Positions 11,801 through 24,495 of a DNA stretch of 64,000 nt are shown piece after piece. Made by a program: the position numbers and the translations under genes. The notes under the pieces were generated by a model. The model was not told the DNA's origin. It saw only the letters and a program-made list of their open reading frames with translations, and made no database searches. This DNA comes from Macrostomum lignano (Eukaryota): assembly GCA_002269645.1 (NCBI GenBank), contig NIVC01001550.1, forward strand, positions 62,001 to 126,000, in the 5' to 3' direction. Every line of letters starts with the position of its first letter. Positions within the stretch are counted from its first letter, which is position 1.

Positions 11801-14086
11801 GCTTCGGATCGTCTCGCCGACGGACCCGATCCCTCTCGGGGCTGAGCTCCAGACTGTCGCTTTTCTCAACGGCGACTGCGACATCCTCAGGATTGCCGTT
11901 GCATAAAAAATTAACCCGATTGAAGCCGGCCAGAGTCTGCACGCCTACGTAGCCTTCGCTGTCCATGATGCTGCGCAGGAACAGGTCGTGATTAAGATTC
12001 TCGTCCGAGAAATAGAACTCAATTTGATGCCGGATCTGCTCCAATACGGCGTCGCACACGGCGTCGCTGTCGAAGTTCTCGGGAAAATAGTGCAGGCCGT
12101 TCACTATGACAGAGCGAGTGCCAGTGACCGGGTCTACGGCTTCTGACATTGGCGCCGTGTCTGGCGTTGGACCGCCGCTGGCGTACATCAGCGCCAGGCC
12201 CTCTGCAGTCAGGGATGGGGGCTAGTCTTGGAGTCTGAATAGGGGATAATCTGAGTCTGAATAGGGGATAATCTGAGTCTGAATAGGGCATCATCTGAGT
12301 CTGAATAGGGGATCATCTGAGTCTGAATAGGGGATCATCTGAGTCTGAATAGGGGATCATCTGAGTCTGCATAGGAGATCATCTTAGAATATCAATAGGG
12401 GATCATCTTACGAGAATATCAATAGGAATCGTCTTAGAATCTGGGGTCTAATCCTAGAATCCTGGGGTCTAATCTTAGAATCCTGGGGTCTAATCTTAGA
12501 ATCCTGAAGTCTAATCCTAGAATCCTGGAGTCTAATCCTAGAATCCTGGAGTCTAATCCTAGAATCCTGGAGTCTAATCCTAGAATCCTGGAGTCTAATC
12601 CTAGAATCCTGGAGTCTAATCTTAGAATCCTGGGGTCTAATCTTAGAATCCTGGGGTCTAATCTTAGAATCCTGAAGTCTAATCCTAGAATCCTGGAGTC
12701 TAATCCTAGAATCCTGGGGTCTAATCCTAGAATCCTGGAGTCTAATCTTAGAATCCTGGGGTCTAATCTTAGAATCCTGGGGTCTAATCTTAGAATTCTG
12801 GGGTCTAATCTTAGAATCCTGGGATCTAATCTTAGAATCCTGAAGTCTAATCTTAAAACTACACGCGGGTGATGCCCCAGGCCTCACCTGGCAATCTCGG
12901 ATCAACAGCAGTAGAAGCCGGATTAAAACCGGGCGCAGCAGGAGTCCCGCCGGCTACAGCTGCCGCAGGCGGCACACCAACAGGAAACGGTGGTGGAGGC
13001 GGAATTGATGGATTGTCGTAATACGGCTGGTGGTAGAACCCACCGCCCGGCCCTCCAGCTGCTGGCAGGGCGGCGCCTGGAGTAGAGAATATGGCAAATA
13101 AAAACTTGGAGCGTGAGCAATTTTTTCAAATTGATTAATCCAGGCATCATTTCTCATATCGTAAGGTATCTTTTCTTATATTAAAATCCAAGATAAAATT
13201 CAGTAAGAAGCCATTTCTAATTTATCAACATGCCATTTTCCGTTCAGTAAGGTGCCATTTCCGTTCAGTAAGAAGCCATTTCCTATTCAATAAGGTGCCA
13301 TTTTCCGTTCAGTAAGGTGCCATTTCCCATTCAGCAAGATGCCATTTCCGTTCAATAAGGTGCCATTTCCGTTCAGTAAGAAGCCATTTCCTATTCAACA
13401 AGGTGCCATTTTCCGTTCAGTAAGGTGCCATTTCCTATTCAATAAGGTGCCATTTTCCGTTCAGTAAGGTGCCATTTCCTATTCAATAAGGTGCCATTTT
13501 CCGTTCAGTAAGGTGCCATTTCCTATTCAATAAGGTGCCATTTTCCGTTCAGTAAGGTGCCATTTCCTATTCAATAAGGTGCCATTTTCCGTTCAGTAAG
13601 GTGCCATTTCCTATTCAATAAGGTGCCATTTTCCGTTCAGTGAGGTGCCATTTCCTATTCAATAAGGTGCCATTTTCCGTTCAGTAAGGTGCCATTTCCC
13701 ATTCAGCAAGATGCCATTTTCCGTTCAGTAAGGTGCCATTTCCCATTCAGTAAGGTGCCATTTCCCATTCAGCAAGGTGTCATATGAAAAAAATGAGCCA
13801 CAGTCCTTGCATCTGATTGCTGTCACTAATTAATAGAATCCCCAAAATTGGCCAATTAGCACACACAGCACTATTACTCACCCATCTCTGTGGGCCAGTT
13901 TGGCTGCATAAGGCCACCTCCCGGCTCCATAATTGGCTGCTGTGGCATCAGCCGGCCCCCGCCGCGGGGAAATCGTTGAAAAGGCCTGGTTCGACCTGCG
14001 CCGCCTCCGCCACGCTTGCTAGAGGTATTATTGGCTGGCTCAGGACCGCGCTGCACTGGACCATCAATGCCTTGGTGCTGCTCCAT
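5809..14086 (-). CDS. LARP1: La-related protein 1 (La motif, PAM2-like motif, DM15 repeats); 7 coding exons, 745 aa
   Basis: Exons (minus strand): 14086-13882, 13076-12888, 12202-11693, 10327-9724, 8394-8240, 7698-7307, 5991-5809. All junctions are GT-AG with matching phases; total 2238 nt. La motif [17 protein letters not shown], motif [12 protein letters not shown]15 region [18 protein letters not shown]...[15 protein letters not shown]...YGLEKFW. An in-frame TAA lies just upstream of ATG 14086. Confidence 0.95.
6190..7250 (+). repeat. About 29 bp G-rich minisatellite in the last LARP1 intron
   Basis: GGATTAGCACACAACGGATTAGGGAGTG. Confidence 0.95.
7780..8180 (+). repeat. 37 bp minisatellite in a LARP1 intron
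   Basis: GGACTTCAGGGTCTCAGGAGCTGAACCTTCAGGTCAT. Confidence 0.92.
8460..9435. repeat. Two abutting 21-23 bp arrays in a LARP1 intron
   Basis: CAGTTCAGG(G)GTGATTCTGG type at 8460-9150, then GATTCTCACCCCAGAATCTCAC type at 9160-9435. Confidence 0.92.
10584..10750 (-). ncRNA. Putative box H/ACA snoRNA B, in the same LARP1 intron
   Basis: Hairpin 1 is homologous to that of snoRNA A with the identical pocket. A perfect H box AUAGUA (10680-10675) sits 14 nt after the upper stem. Hairpin 2 has GAAGUUGGUU/AGCUGACUUC and GAGCUGC/GCGGCUC stems, then ACA (10589-10587) plus 3 nt. Confidence 0.8.
10778..10936 (-). ncRNA. Putative box H/ACA snoRNA A, in LARP1 intron 10328-11692, same sense as host
   Basis: Hairpin 1 is UCGAUGC-[UUCCAU]-UGUGCGGUC...ACCGCACA-[UUCCAUG]-GCAUCGG. 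It is followed 14 nt after the upper stem by ACAGUG (10866-10861), a variant H box or an ACA box. A second hairpin (GGGAG/CUCCU lower stem) ends at ACA 10783-10781. Confidence 0.7.
10950..11250 (+). repeat. 33 bp minisatellite in a LARP1 intron
   Basis: CAGATCCTTCAGCGGCCTGCCCTACCCTC... units. Confidence 0.9.
12230..12860 (+). repeat. 21-22 bp minisatellites in a LARP1 intron
   Basis: CTGAGTCTGAATAGGGGATCAT units, then AGAATCCTGGAGTCTAATCCT units. Confidence 0.95.
13205..13780 (+). repeat. 21-22 bp minisatellite in a LARP1 intron
   Basis: GGTGCCATTTTCCGTTCAGTAA alternating with GGTGCCATTTCCTATTCAATAA. Confidence 0.95.
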
Positions 14087-15378
14087 GCACTTTTAGGCAA
14101 TAAGTCTGCAGCCAATTATTTCTCCAGTTATTACAAGTCCAATTATTACTTAGATAAAGTAAACTCTTAGATAATCATGCAAATTGCTTTTAATGCATTG
14201 GAAATTATAATGTTGAGAAGAATACTCTCAGCTGGGTTTAAAAGGTGCCGCTGGTGCTATAATAAAAATTTTTGATGCAATTTTATATTTGCAATACCCT
14301 ATTAGTATAAAATACATTTGAGAAATACTTAACAACAAAACAACAATATCTTGCATGAGAAAGGGCATTGACAAGACAACTTGCCTCCTAGAATATTGAT
14401 CAATATTCAAAAGATCTAGCCAATTGAATGTCTTCTAAAATTTAATAACCTAAACTGTAATACTAAAAGTATATATTGATAAATTATAAGGACTTAAAAA
14501 TTCAAATAGTCTAAATTTCAATGTTGCATAAATAATATAAAATAAAAAAAATTATTTTCTTAGACAGGTTTAAAAAATCATAGCTTGTTCATTAATTATT
14601 GTAATTCAGACATACAAGCAATTTTTTAATAACTATTCACTATTGCAATATTTAATTTTGTGTTATTGTTTTATATTACTAAATGCATATTATTTTCTTA
14701 TCTTCATCATCTAGAGCATAAGAGCTTATTTTACAAACTAATGAAGATTTTAACTCTAAGCATTGTGCTATATGCAAGAAGGCTCAAGTAGCCTTTTGTA
14801 AGTAGATATAAATATGCACTAGCTCTTTTGACTCTTGAATATACAATATGCTGTTTTAGAAAAAACTAATTCTATAACATAACTCTAATGGTAATGCTAT
14901 TGCAAAAGAAATAAAAATGGATTATTTTTTCTTATTGTTAGTTTTATCTATCTATTAGACATTTGTTTGTTGCTTATGCTATTGTAAATATATTTTAAAC
15001 TGCTATATTATATTGTTTGCATATGACAAGTTGTCTTGCTATACCATTGATCTTTAGCATATATAGAAATAGTTTTATATTATATAAAAGAGTAAAAAAG
15101 ACAAAAATATACATTTACTACCATATTTTTTATTTTAAAGATAATTTACATATGTTTAAACTATAAGATTCAACTCTTTAGTTTAAGTTAAAAAACAAAG
15201 CATTGTCATTTATTCAAAAGCTTCAAATTAATGTTTATTATCCCACTATTGAGCTTTGGAAGTTTAGCTTAGATATCATATAGATTGATACACTTTATTG
15301 TTTGTATAGGTTACTAATCAAAAAATTGAAAATATTTCTTCAGTTTTTCATCTTCAGCTTTATAAAGTTTAAGAAATA

Positions 15379-16375
15379 CAAGGGGTGTCCCAAAAGTCGG
15401 TGCACTTTCTTCACTACAGCCTTTTCTGACTGATCAGAAATATTAAGTCTGTTGCAGTTGAAAAGAGAATTATCTGCCCATTAAAATGACTTTCTGTTTA
15501 TTTCTGTATCTGCTGGCATTCTTGAGATATGAGCACTTTTCTGCCCTACCCCCTGTGCTACTTTTACAAATTCTCATAGACCAAAGCTTTGTACCTGATG
15601 CACGAAACAATGAAACATTCAATGAATCAACAAAACATCCACAACATGAAAGCTGAGGAAAGAACAGTTAAAAGTTAATCAACATTGTCCTGAGGCTTCT
15701 CCACATAGTCACCACTGGGTGCGCTGCACACTTCTGCCATCGGCTGTGCATGTCATCAATGTTGTCAATCAACAAAATCTGAGCGTGGCATCTCATGAAG
15801 GAGAATTTGGCGAGTCAATGCTTCTAGGCTCCCACGACAAGCAAAGATTTGTCCATGCAGCAGCTTCTTCCTCTTTGGAAAAAAGGCAAAGTCAGCTGTT
15901 GACAAATCCGGAAAGTAGAGTGGCAGTGAGGGCAGCACAAAATTTGCCTGCTCGATTGTCTCCTCCATTTTCTTGGCCATGTGGGATGTGCATTGTCAAC
16001 ATGCACAGCCAATTACAGAAGTGTGCAGCGCACCCAGTGGTGACTATATGGAGAAGCCTCAGGACAAATGGTGATTAACTTTTAACTGTTCTTTCCTCAG
16101 CTTTCATGTTGCGGATGTTTTGTTGATTTGTTGAATGTTTTGTTGTTTCGTGCATCAGGTACAAAGCTTTAGTCTATGGCAATTTGTAAAAGTAGCACAG
16201 GGGGTGGGGCAGAAAAATGTTCATATCTTAAGAATGCCAGAAGATACAGAAATAAGCAGAAAGTCATTTTAACGGGCAGATAATTCTTTTTTTCAACTGC
16301 AATAGACTTAATATTTCTGATCGGTCAGAAAAGGCTATAGTGAAGAAAGTGCACCGATTTTTGGGACACCCCTTG
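15379..16375 (-). mobile_element. Internally deleted mariner/Tc1 element with about 360-bp inverted arms and TA target duplication
   Basis: TA|CAAGGGGTGTCCC...GGGACACCCCTTG|TA. Arms are 15379-15736 and 16016-16375. The minus-strand core encodes HVDNAHP (HDNARPH-like) and LYFPDLSTADFAFFPKRK (YSPDLAPSDF-like). Confidence 0.88.
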
Positions 16376-16879
16376 TAGTCAAATAGCTTTTTTATAATTA
16401 TAATTGTATATTTATTTGATTATTACACAATTCAGAAAGTTGATAATCTAAATACTAGTTGAATGTTAATGTTAATCATAAATGTTAATCATACATGTGC
16501 AACAGTTGGCCAACCAAGGAAGTTGCAAAAATTCCCACCCAAAAAACACCAAAGTAGTAGTACTAAGTAGCTGATGAGACATTTTTGCTTAATAAGACAG
16601 TCATAGTTACTCCTGCCATTTACCCAAAGTTGCGTTAATTTTGCTTTAGGGTTTTTTTTACATGTAAGTCGCATTTTTGGCCAAAAACTACATTGCATTT
16701 TTGTTAAAACTAAGTTGCACGGCCAACTGAATTTTGGAGGTTGCATATATATGTACCAAATAGTCTTGATTAAGGATAAAGATTTGGAACTAATATTGTA
16801 TAAAGATAGTTGAATAATATATTTATGTTGTGGCTCATAAATAAAATAAAAGAATTAGGAAATTAGGGAATAAGAAGTT

Positions 16880-17470
16880 GGCATCTACTAAAATGCAGAA
16901 GCGGATGCAGAAGTAGATACAGAATATTTGCTAAAATGTAAAAGATGGAATATTTTCCTGAATTATAGAAATGGATATGAATGTTAATCTGAATTGCACA
17001 GATGGCTGTTAGATAAGCTTACAAGCAATGATTTATGATCCCAAAAGTAGCAAAAACCATGTCTATATTATTATGACTACAGTTATGGCAAAATCATATA
17101 GCTATAAGTATGAATTCTAAATTCCAAAAATATTAATTTTGAACTTATTAGCCTACTAATAGTAAGCTATGGCCATGGGCATTTTTCTCTTTTTTTATGT
17201 AATTTTTTTAGAAGTCATACCAGTAGGATTTTTGTAGCTATATGATTTTGACACACTTATAATCATAATAATATAGGCGTGGTTTTTGCTATTTTTAGGA
17301 TCACAAAGCATTGCATATAAGCTTGTCTAATACTCTAATAGCCATCTACACAATTTAGATTAATATCCATATTTGCTTCCATAATTTAAGAAGATTTTAT
17401 CTTTTGCATTTTAGCAAATATTCTATATCTACTTCTGCACTGCATCTGCTTCTGCATTTTAGTACATGCC
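16880..17470. mobile_element. Degenerate MITE with about 250-bp inverted arms
   Basis: GGCATCTACTAAAATGCAGAAGC at the left matches the reverse complement of GCTTCTGCATTTTAGTACATGCC at the right. No clear TSD. Confidence 0.75.
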
Positions 17471-18989
17471 TAAATAGAATAATAAAGAATAGATTGGCAT
17501 AAACACTGAAAAATATTAAAGTTCTTATATTTCCAAGTAGGCCTAATTAGTTTCAAATCTTTTAGGCCCTATTGTATCAATATTTATATATATAATGAGG
17601 CCGACTCTTCCGCTGGAGGAGAAAGGAAGAAACTCCCATCATCAGAATTCCATTCCCTGAAATCTATCAGCTGAATTGCACCATCCAATTCCTCTCCGCA
17701 AAACTGAACACTATCAAAATCCTCTCCATAGAACAGAAATCCTTTCTGTGAAACTGGACTCAATTGAAATTTTCTCCGTCAAATAGAACTCAACTCTCAG
17801 AATTCAATAGCTAGGGTTAGGGTTAGAGCTGTACAGAGCTGCATGCTGAAAGGCGCCAATAATAAATAATTAAACCAATTTATTGTGCAATCGATTTCTT
17901 AGTCAGCCAGTATCAGTCTCAGGTAAAGTCAACAAAATGATTGCACATCTAAATCAACCCTCCAATGGCTCCAATACACAGCGGTAGTACGAAGTTGAAT
18001 CCTCCCCGCAACTTTATCAATTACATCTTGAGAAACTGAGTGCATTTTTTGCAAAAAGTTAAAAGTATGGAAATCATTTTTTGAATACAGTGCTTTTCCT
18101 TTTCACATTTAAAGCAAACAACTTACATCCCCAAACTCAGTGTTGAAAGATCTTTCTAGCAATATAAGTCTTTTTTCTCAAAGTTCAAAACTCAAGGAAC
18201 AGTTTATGTTTAAAATTTCCCAGTTTAAAGCATTGAATTTTTTAGTGTACATTAAATGCCTGCTACAGTAAGAGGCACACAAGTTTATGCATTGAATTTC
18301 ACTATCCGCCAATTAGCAAGGGTCTAAGTATACACACGCAACCACTTAGAATGCCCCATCCCCCTACTGGAGAAAATACACTGCCAAGATAGAAAAAAGT
18401 TGTGGCGCAATCACTTAGAATTGATGCAAATTTTTAGTTCAGAATAGAAAAAAGTGGCCAAAGAAGGTTAAGAAAACAGTTTTCTGCTTTTTTTAACAGA
18501 CTTAATTTTGAAAATTTCAACATTAAAATAGCCTATTTGTTGTGTAGGAAAATTCTACATTGATATATATAAGTCCCGCATTTGAGTTGCCAGCCATTTA
18601 GGAAGTACATGTTAAACCTGGCCAGTTGATTGATTGATTGGTCTACTAAGCTTTAGATATAAGATTAATTAAATAGGCCTATAGTAATATAATAATAGCT
18701 ATTATATGTTACTAACTAGTAAAGAAAATAGATAATAGAGATTTAATGTTGTGGCTATCTTGGTGGCGCATGACCAAGATGGCCACACACCAAGATAGCC
18801 ACACACCAAGATGGCCATAGCTCTAAGTGTCTAAATAGATAATAATAAGCCCAGGTCTATATATTTCACTTATTTCCTATTGGTAATAATTAGAGAAATA
18901 GATGCTAAAAAGATGCTATATTGGAATTGTATTATATTAGGCCCCTATATTATATTTATAGTCATTCCTTTGGCTTTAGCTTTTACTAG

Positions 18990-20030
18990 CAATCAGCGCC
19001 CCCCGTTGGGGAGCCAAAAAAATGCAATACAAGTTTTTTTAATAAACTACATGTAAGCGTCTCTTTGCATTATACCTTGTAAGCCTTGACATGTCAGAAA
19101 ATCCCCCCACAAGCCTTAGCATATCAACCCCCTTGACATCTTAGCAATGCCCCATAAGCCTTGCAATCTTAAAAAATCTGTCAACCTTCTAACCCTAACC
19201 CTAACCCTAAAGCATTGACATTTCAGTAATTCTCTCCAACAGTCATTATAGCACTATAGCATTATAGCGATTCCCTGCAAGCCTCGACATCGTAGGGATT
19301 CCCAAATGAATCTCTTAACTTCGACATGAAGCTTCTTTTATTTTTTACATTACACTTTTTCTATCAGCAATCCCTCCCGTGAGGAGCCAACAAATAATGA
19401 AAAAAAGTTTTCAATAGAATACATGTAGCTTCTGACTTTAGCCTTGACATCTCATTTATTCCCCCATGAGCCTTGACATCTCAGCTATTCCCCTGTAAGC
19501 CTTGACATGTCAGCAATGCCCCGCATAAACCTTGATATCTGAAAAATCCCCTGTTAACCTTGAAACCCGCTAAAATCTAACCCTCAACCCAAACCTGACC
19601 TAAACCTAACTTTAACCCAACCTATAAAAGCCTTGAAATCTCAGCAATTCTTCTCCCCTAAGCCTTGACAATTTAGTGATTCTTTCTTCAAGAATCACAG
19701 CACTATAGCAATTCCCTCCAAGCCTTGACATTGTGGCAATTCCCAAATGAATCTTTTAACTTCGACATGACTCTTCTTTTATGTATACATAGTGCTTCTT
19801 TTCTTTTTTACATGACTCTTCTTCTATCAGCGCCCCCCCCCCGTGGCGAGCCAACAAAGAATGTTATAAAAAAATTGAGTAAAGTACATGTACTTTGAAG
19901 TAGCTTCTGACTTTTGCTTTGACATCTCAGAAACCCCCCCCGTAATCTCAGTTATTCTCTGAGAGCCTTGACATCTTAGTAATTCTCCCCAGCACAGCAC
20001 GATGGCTTCATTTAATTTTTACATGACACT
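18990..20030 (+). repeat. Three degenerate 0.35-0.45 kb composite repeat units
   Basis: ATCAGCGCCCCCC...GAGCCAA heads at about 18992, 19363 and 19826; internal AGCCTTGACAT subrepeats; CCCTAA runs. Confidence 0.7.
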
Positions 20031-23000
20031 TCTTTCATGTCTGACATTTTTTATTGTCACTTGATTTTTTATGTCAGTATGATTTTTTTACATGACGCTT
20101 TCATGATTGTTTACATGACGCTTCTATGATTTTTTATATGACGCTTCTATGATTTTTTACATGACGCTTCTATGACTTTTTCATGACGCTTCTATGATTT
20201 TTTACATGACGCTTCTTTGATTTTTTACATGACGCTCCTATGATTTTTTCATGACGCTTCTATGATTGTTTACATGACGCTTATATGATTTTTTATATGA
20301 CGCTTATATGATTTTTTACATGGCGCTTCTATGATTTTTTAACTGACGCTTTGATGATTTTTTACATGACGCTTCTATGATTGTTTACATGACGCTTCTA
20401 TGATTTTTTACATGGCGCTTCTATGATTTTTTACATGGCGCTTCTATGATTTTTTACATGACGCTTCTATGCTTTTTTACATGGCGCTTCTATGATTTTT
20501 TACATGACGCTTCTTTGATTGTTTACATGACGCTTCTATGATTGTTTACATGACGCTTCTTTGATTTTTTACATGACGCTTCTATGATTTTTTACATGAC
20601 GCTTCTATGATTTTTTACATGATGCTTCTATGATTTTTTACATGACGCTTCTATGATTGTTTACACAACGCTTCTATGATTTTTTACATGACGCTTCTAT
20701 GATTTTTTCATGACGCTTCTATGATTTTTTACATGACGCTTCTATGATTTTTTCATGACGCTTCTATGATTGTTTACATGACGCTTCTATGATTTTTTAA
20801 ATGACGCTTCTAAGATTTTTTACATGACGCTTCTATGATTGTTTACATGACGCTTCTATGATTGTTTACATGACGCTTCTATGATTTTTTACATGACGCT
20901 TCTATGATTTTTTACATGACGCTTCTGCGATTGTTTACATGACGCTTCTATAATTGTTTACATGACGCTTCTATGATTTTTTACATGACGCTTCTATGAT
21001 TTCTCAAATGACGCTTGCATTAGTTTTTATATAAGGCTTCTATGATTTTTTACATGACGCTTCTATGATTGTTTACATGACGCTTCTATGATTGTTAGAT
21101 GACGCTTCTATGATTGTTTACATGATGTTTTTATGATTGTTTACTTGACGCTTCTATGATTGTTTACATGATGTTTTTATGATTGTTTACTTGACGCTTC
21201 TATGATTGTTTACATGACGCTTCTATGATTTTTTATATGACGCTTATATGATTTTTTACATGCCGCTTTTATGATTTTTTAACTGACGCTTCGATGATTT
21301 TTTACATGACGCTTTCATGATTGTTTACATGACGCTTCTATGATTTTTTTATATGACGCTTTCATGATTGTTTACATGATGCTTCTATTATTTTTTACAT
21401 GACGCTTCTATGACTTTTCATGGCGCTTCTATGATTTTTTACATGACGCTTCTATAATTGTTTACATGACGCTTCTATGCTTTTTTACATGACGCTTATA
21501 TGATTGTTTACATGACGCTTCTATGATTGTTTATATGACGCTTCTATGCTTTTTTACATGACGCTTCTATGCTTTTGTACATGACGCTTATATGATTGTT
21601 TACATGACGCTTCTATGATTGTTTACATGACGCTTCTTTGATTTTTTACATGACGCTTCTATGATTTTTTCATGACGCTTCTATGATTTTTTACATGACG
21701 CTTCTTTGATTGTTTACATGATGCTTCTATGATTTTTTCATGACGCTTCTATGATTTTTTACATGACGCTTCTATGATTTTTTACATGACGCTTCTATGA
21801 TTCTCTACATTACGCTTCTATGATTGTTTACACGACGCTTCTATGATTTTTTCATGACACTTTTATGATTGTTTACATGACGCTTCTATGATTTTTTACA
21901 TGATGCTTCTATGATTTTTTACATGACGCTTCTATGATTGTTTACACAACGCTTCTATGATTTTTTACATGACGCTTCTATGATTTTTTCATGACGCTTC
22001 TATGATTTTTTACATGACGCTTCTATGATTTTTTCATGACGCTTCTATGATTGTTTACATGACGCTTCTATGATTTTTTAAATGACGCTTCTAAGATTTT
22101 TTACATGACGCTTCTATGATTGTTTACATGACACTTCTATGATTGTTTATATGACGCTTCTATGATTTTTTACATGACGCTTCTATGATTTTTTACATGA
22201 CACTTCTGCGATTGTTTACATGACGCTTCTATAATTGTTTACATGACGCTTCTATGATTTTTTACATGACGCTTCTATGATTTCTCAAATGACGCTTCCA
22301 TTAGTTTTTATATAAGGCTTCTATGATTTTTTACATGACGCTTCTATGATTGTTTACATGACGCTTCTATGATTGTTAGATGACGCTTCTATGATTGTTT
22401 ACATGATGTTTTTATGATTGTTTACTTGACGCTTCTATGATTGTTTACATGATGTTTTTATGATTGTTTACTTGACGCTTCTATGATTGTTTACATGACG
22501 CTTCTATGATTTTTTATATGATGCTTATATGATTTTTTACATGCCGCTTTTATGATTTTTTAACTGATGCTTCGATGATTTTTTACATGACGCTTTCATG
22601 ATTGTTTACATGACGCTTCTATGATTTTTTTATATGACGCTTTCATGATTGTTTACATGATGCTTCTATTATTTTTTACATGACGCTTCTATGACTTTTC
22701 ATGGCGCTTCTATGATTTTTTACATGACGCTTCTATAATTGTTTACATGACGCTTCTATGCTTTTTTACATGACGCTCATATGATTGTTTACATGACGCT
22801 TCTATGATTGTTTATATGACGCTTCTATGCTTTTTTACATGACGCTTCTATGCTTTTGTACATGACGCTTATATGATTGTTTACATGACGCTTCTATGAT
22901 TGTTTACATGACGCTTCTTTGATTTTTTACATGACGCTTCTATGATTTTTTCATGACGCTTCTATGATTTTTTACATGACGCTTCTTTGATTGTTTACAT

Positions 23001-24380
23001 GATGCTTCTATGATTTTTTCATGACGCTTCTATGATTTTTTACATGACGCTTCTATGATTTTTTACATGACGCTTCTATGATTCTCTACATTACGCTTCT
23101 ATGATTGTTTACACGACGCTTCTATGATTTTTTCATGACACTTTTATGATTGTTTACATGACGCTTCTATTATTTTTTACATGACGCTTCTATGACTTTT
23201 TCATGGCGCTTCTATGATTTTTTACATGACGCTTCTATAATTATTTACATGACGCTTCTATGCTTTTTTACATGACGCTTATATGATTGTTTACATGACG
23301 CTTCTATGCTTTTTTACATGACGCTTATATGATTGTTTACATGACACTTCTATGATTGTTTACATGACGCTTCTATGCTTTTTTACATGACGCTTCTATG
23401 CTTTTGTACATGACGCTTATATGATTGTTTACATAACGCTTCTATGATTGTTTACATGACGCTTCTATGATTTTTTACATGACGCTTCTTTGATTTTTTA
23501 CATGACGCTTCTATGATTTTTTCATGACACTTCTATGATTGTTTACATGACGCTTCTATGATTTTTTACATGACGCTTCTATGATTTTTTACATGACGCT
23601 TCTTTGATTGTTTACATGACGCTCCTATGATTTTTTACATGACGCTTCTATGATTCTCTACATGAGGCTTCTATGATTTTTTACATGACGCTTCTATGAT
23701 TTTTTACATGACGCTTCTATGATTTTTTACATGACGCTTCTATGATTTTTTCATGACACTTCTATGATTGTTTACATGACGCTTCTATGATTTTTTACAT
23801 GACGCTTCTATGATTTTTTACATGACGCTTCTTTGATTGTTTACATGACGCTTCTATGATTGTTTACATGATGCTTCTATGATTTTTTACATGACGCTTC
23901 TTTGATTTTTTATATGACGTTTCTATGATTTTTTCATGACACTTCTATGATTGTTTACATGACGCTTCTTTGATTGTTTACATGACGCTCCTATGATTTT
24001 TTACATGACGCTTCTATGATTCTCTACATGAGGCTTCTATGATTTTTTACATGACGCTTCTATGATTCTCTACATTATGCTTCTATGATTGTTTACACGA
24101 CGCTTCTATGATTTTTTCATGACGCTTTCATGATTGTTTACATGACGCTTCTATGATTTTTTACATGACGCTTCTATGATTTTTTTACATGACGCTTCTA
24201 TGATTTTTTCATGACGCTTTCATGATTTTTTACATGACGCTTCTATGATTGTTTACATGACGCTTCTATGATTTTTACATGACGCTTCTATGATTGTTTA
24301 CATGACACTTTTATGATTTTTTACATGACGCTTCTATGATTTTTTACATGACACTTCTATGATTGTTTACATGACGCTCT
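20030..24380 (+). repeat. 4.3-kb satellite of a 22-23 bp monomer with a 1281-bp higher-order duplication
   Basis: Monomer ATGACGCTTCTATGATT(T/G)TTTAC. Rare variants recur 1281 bp apart: 20664/21945, 20811/22092, 20925/22206, 21803/23084. Confidence 0.97.
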
Positions 24381-24427
24381 TGTCCTTTATTTGTCCTTTA
24401 ATAAAAGCTTTTAATAAAAAAACTTTT

Positions 24428-24495
24428 CACTACCAAGATTCGAACCCAGGTCGCTGCATTTGCAGTCTAGTCTGTTCACATCTAGGCTAGCTCTT
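24428..24495 (-). pseudogene. tRNA-derived relic (Cys-like anticodon loop), possibly a SINE head
   Basis: The minus strand reads TAGCCTAGATG (A-box-like), GACTGCAAAT (GCA anticodon loop) and GGGTTCGAATC (B box). No convincing acceptor stem. Confidence 0.55.

Noticed and set aside
18995-19009. CTCF-like motif AGCGCCCCCCGTTGG
   Set aside because: It is part of a repeat head and degenerate in the other copies, and CTCF presence in this organism is unknown.
24428-24495. Functional tRNA-Cys gene
   Set aside because: No acceptor stem pairing, and the D and anticodon stems are degenerate. Kept only as a relic.
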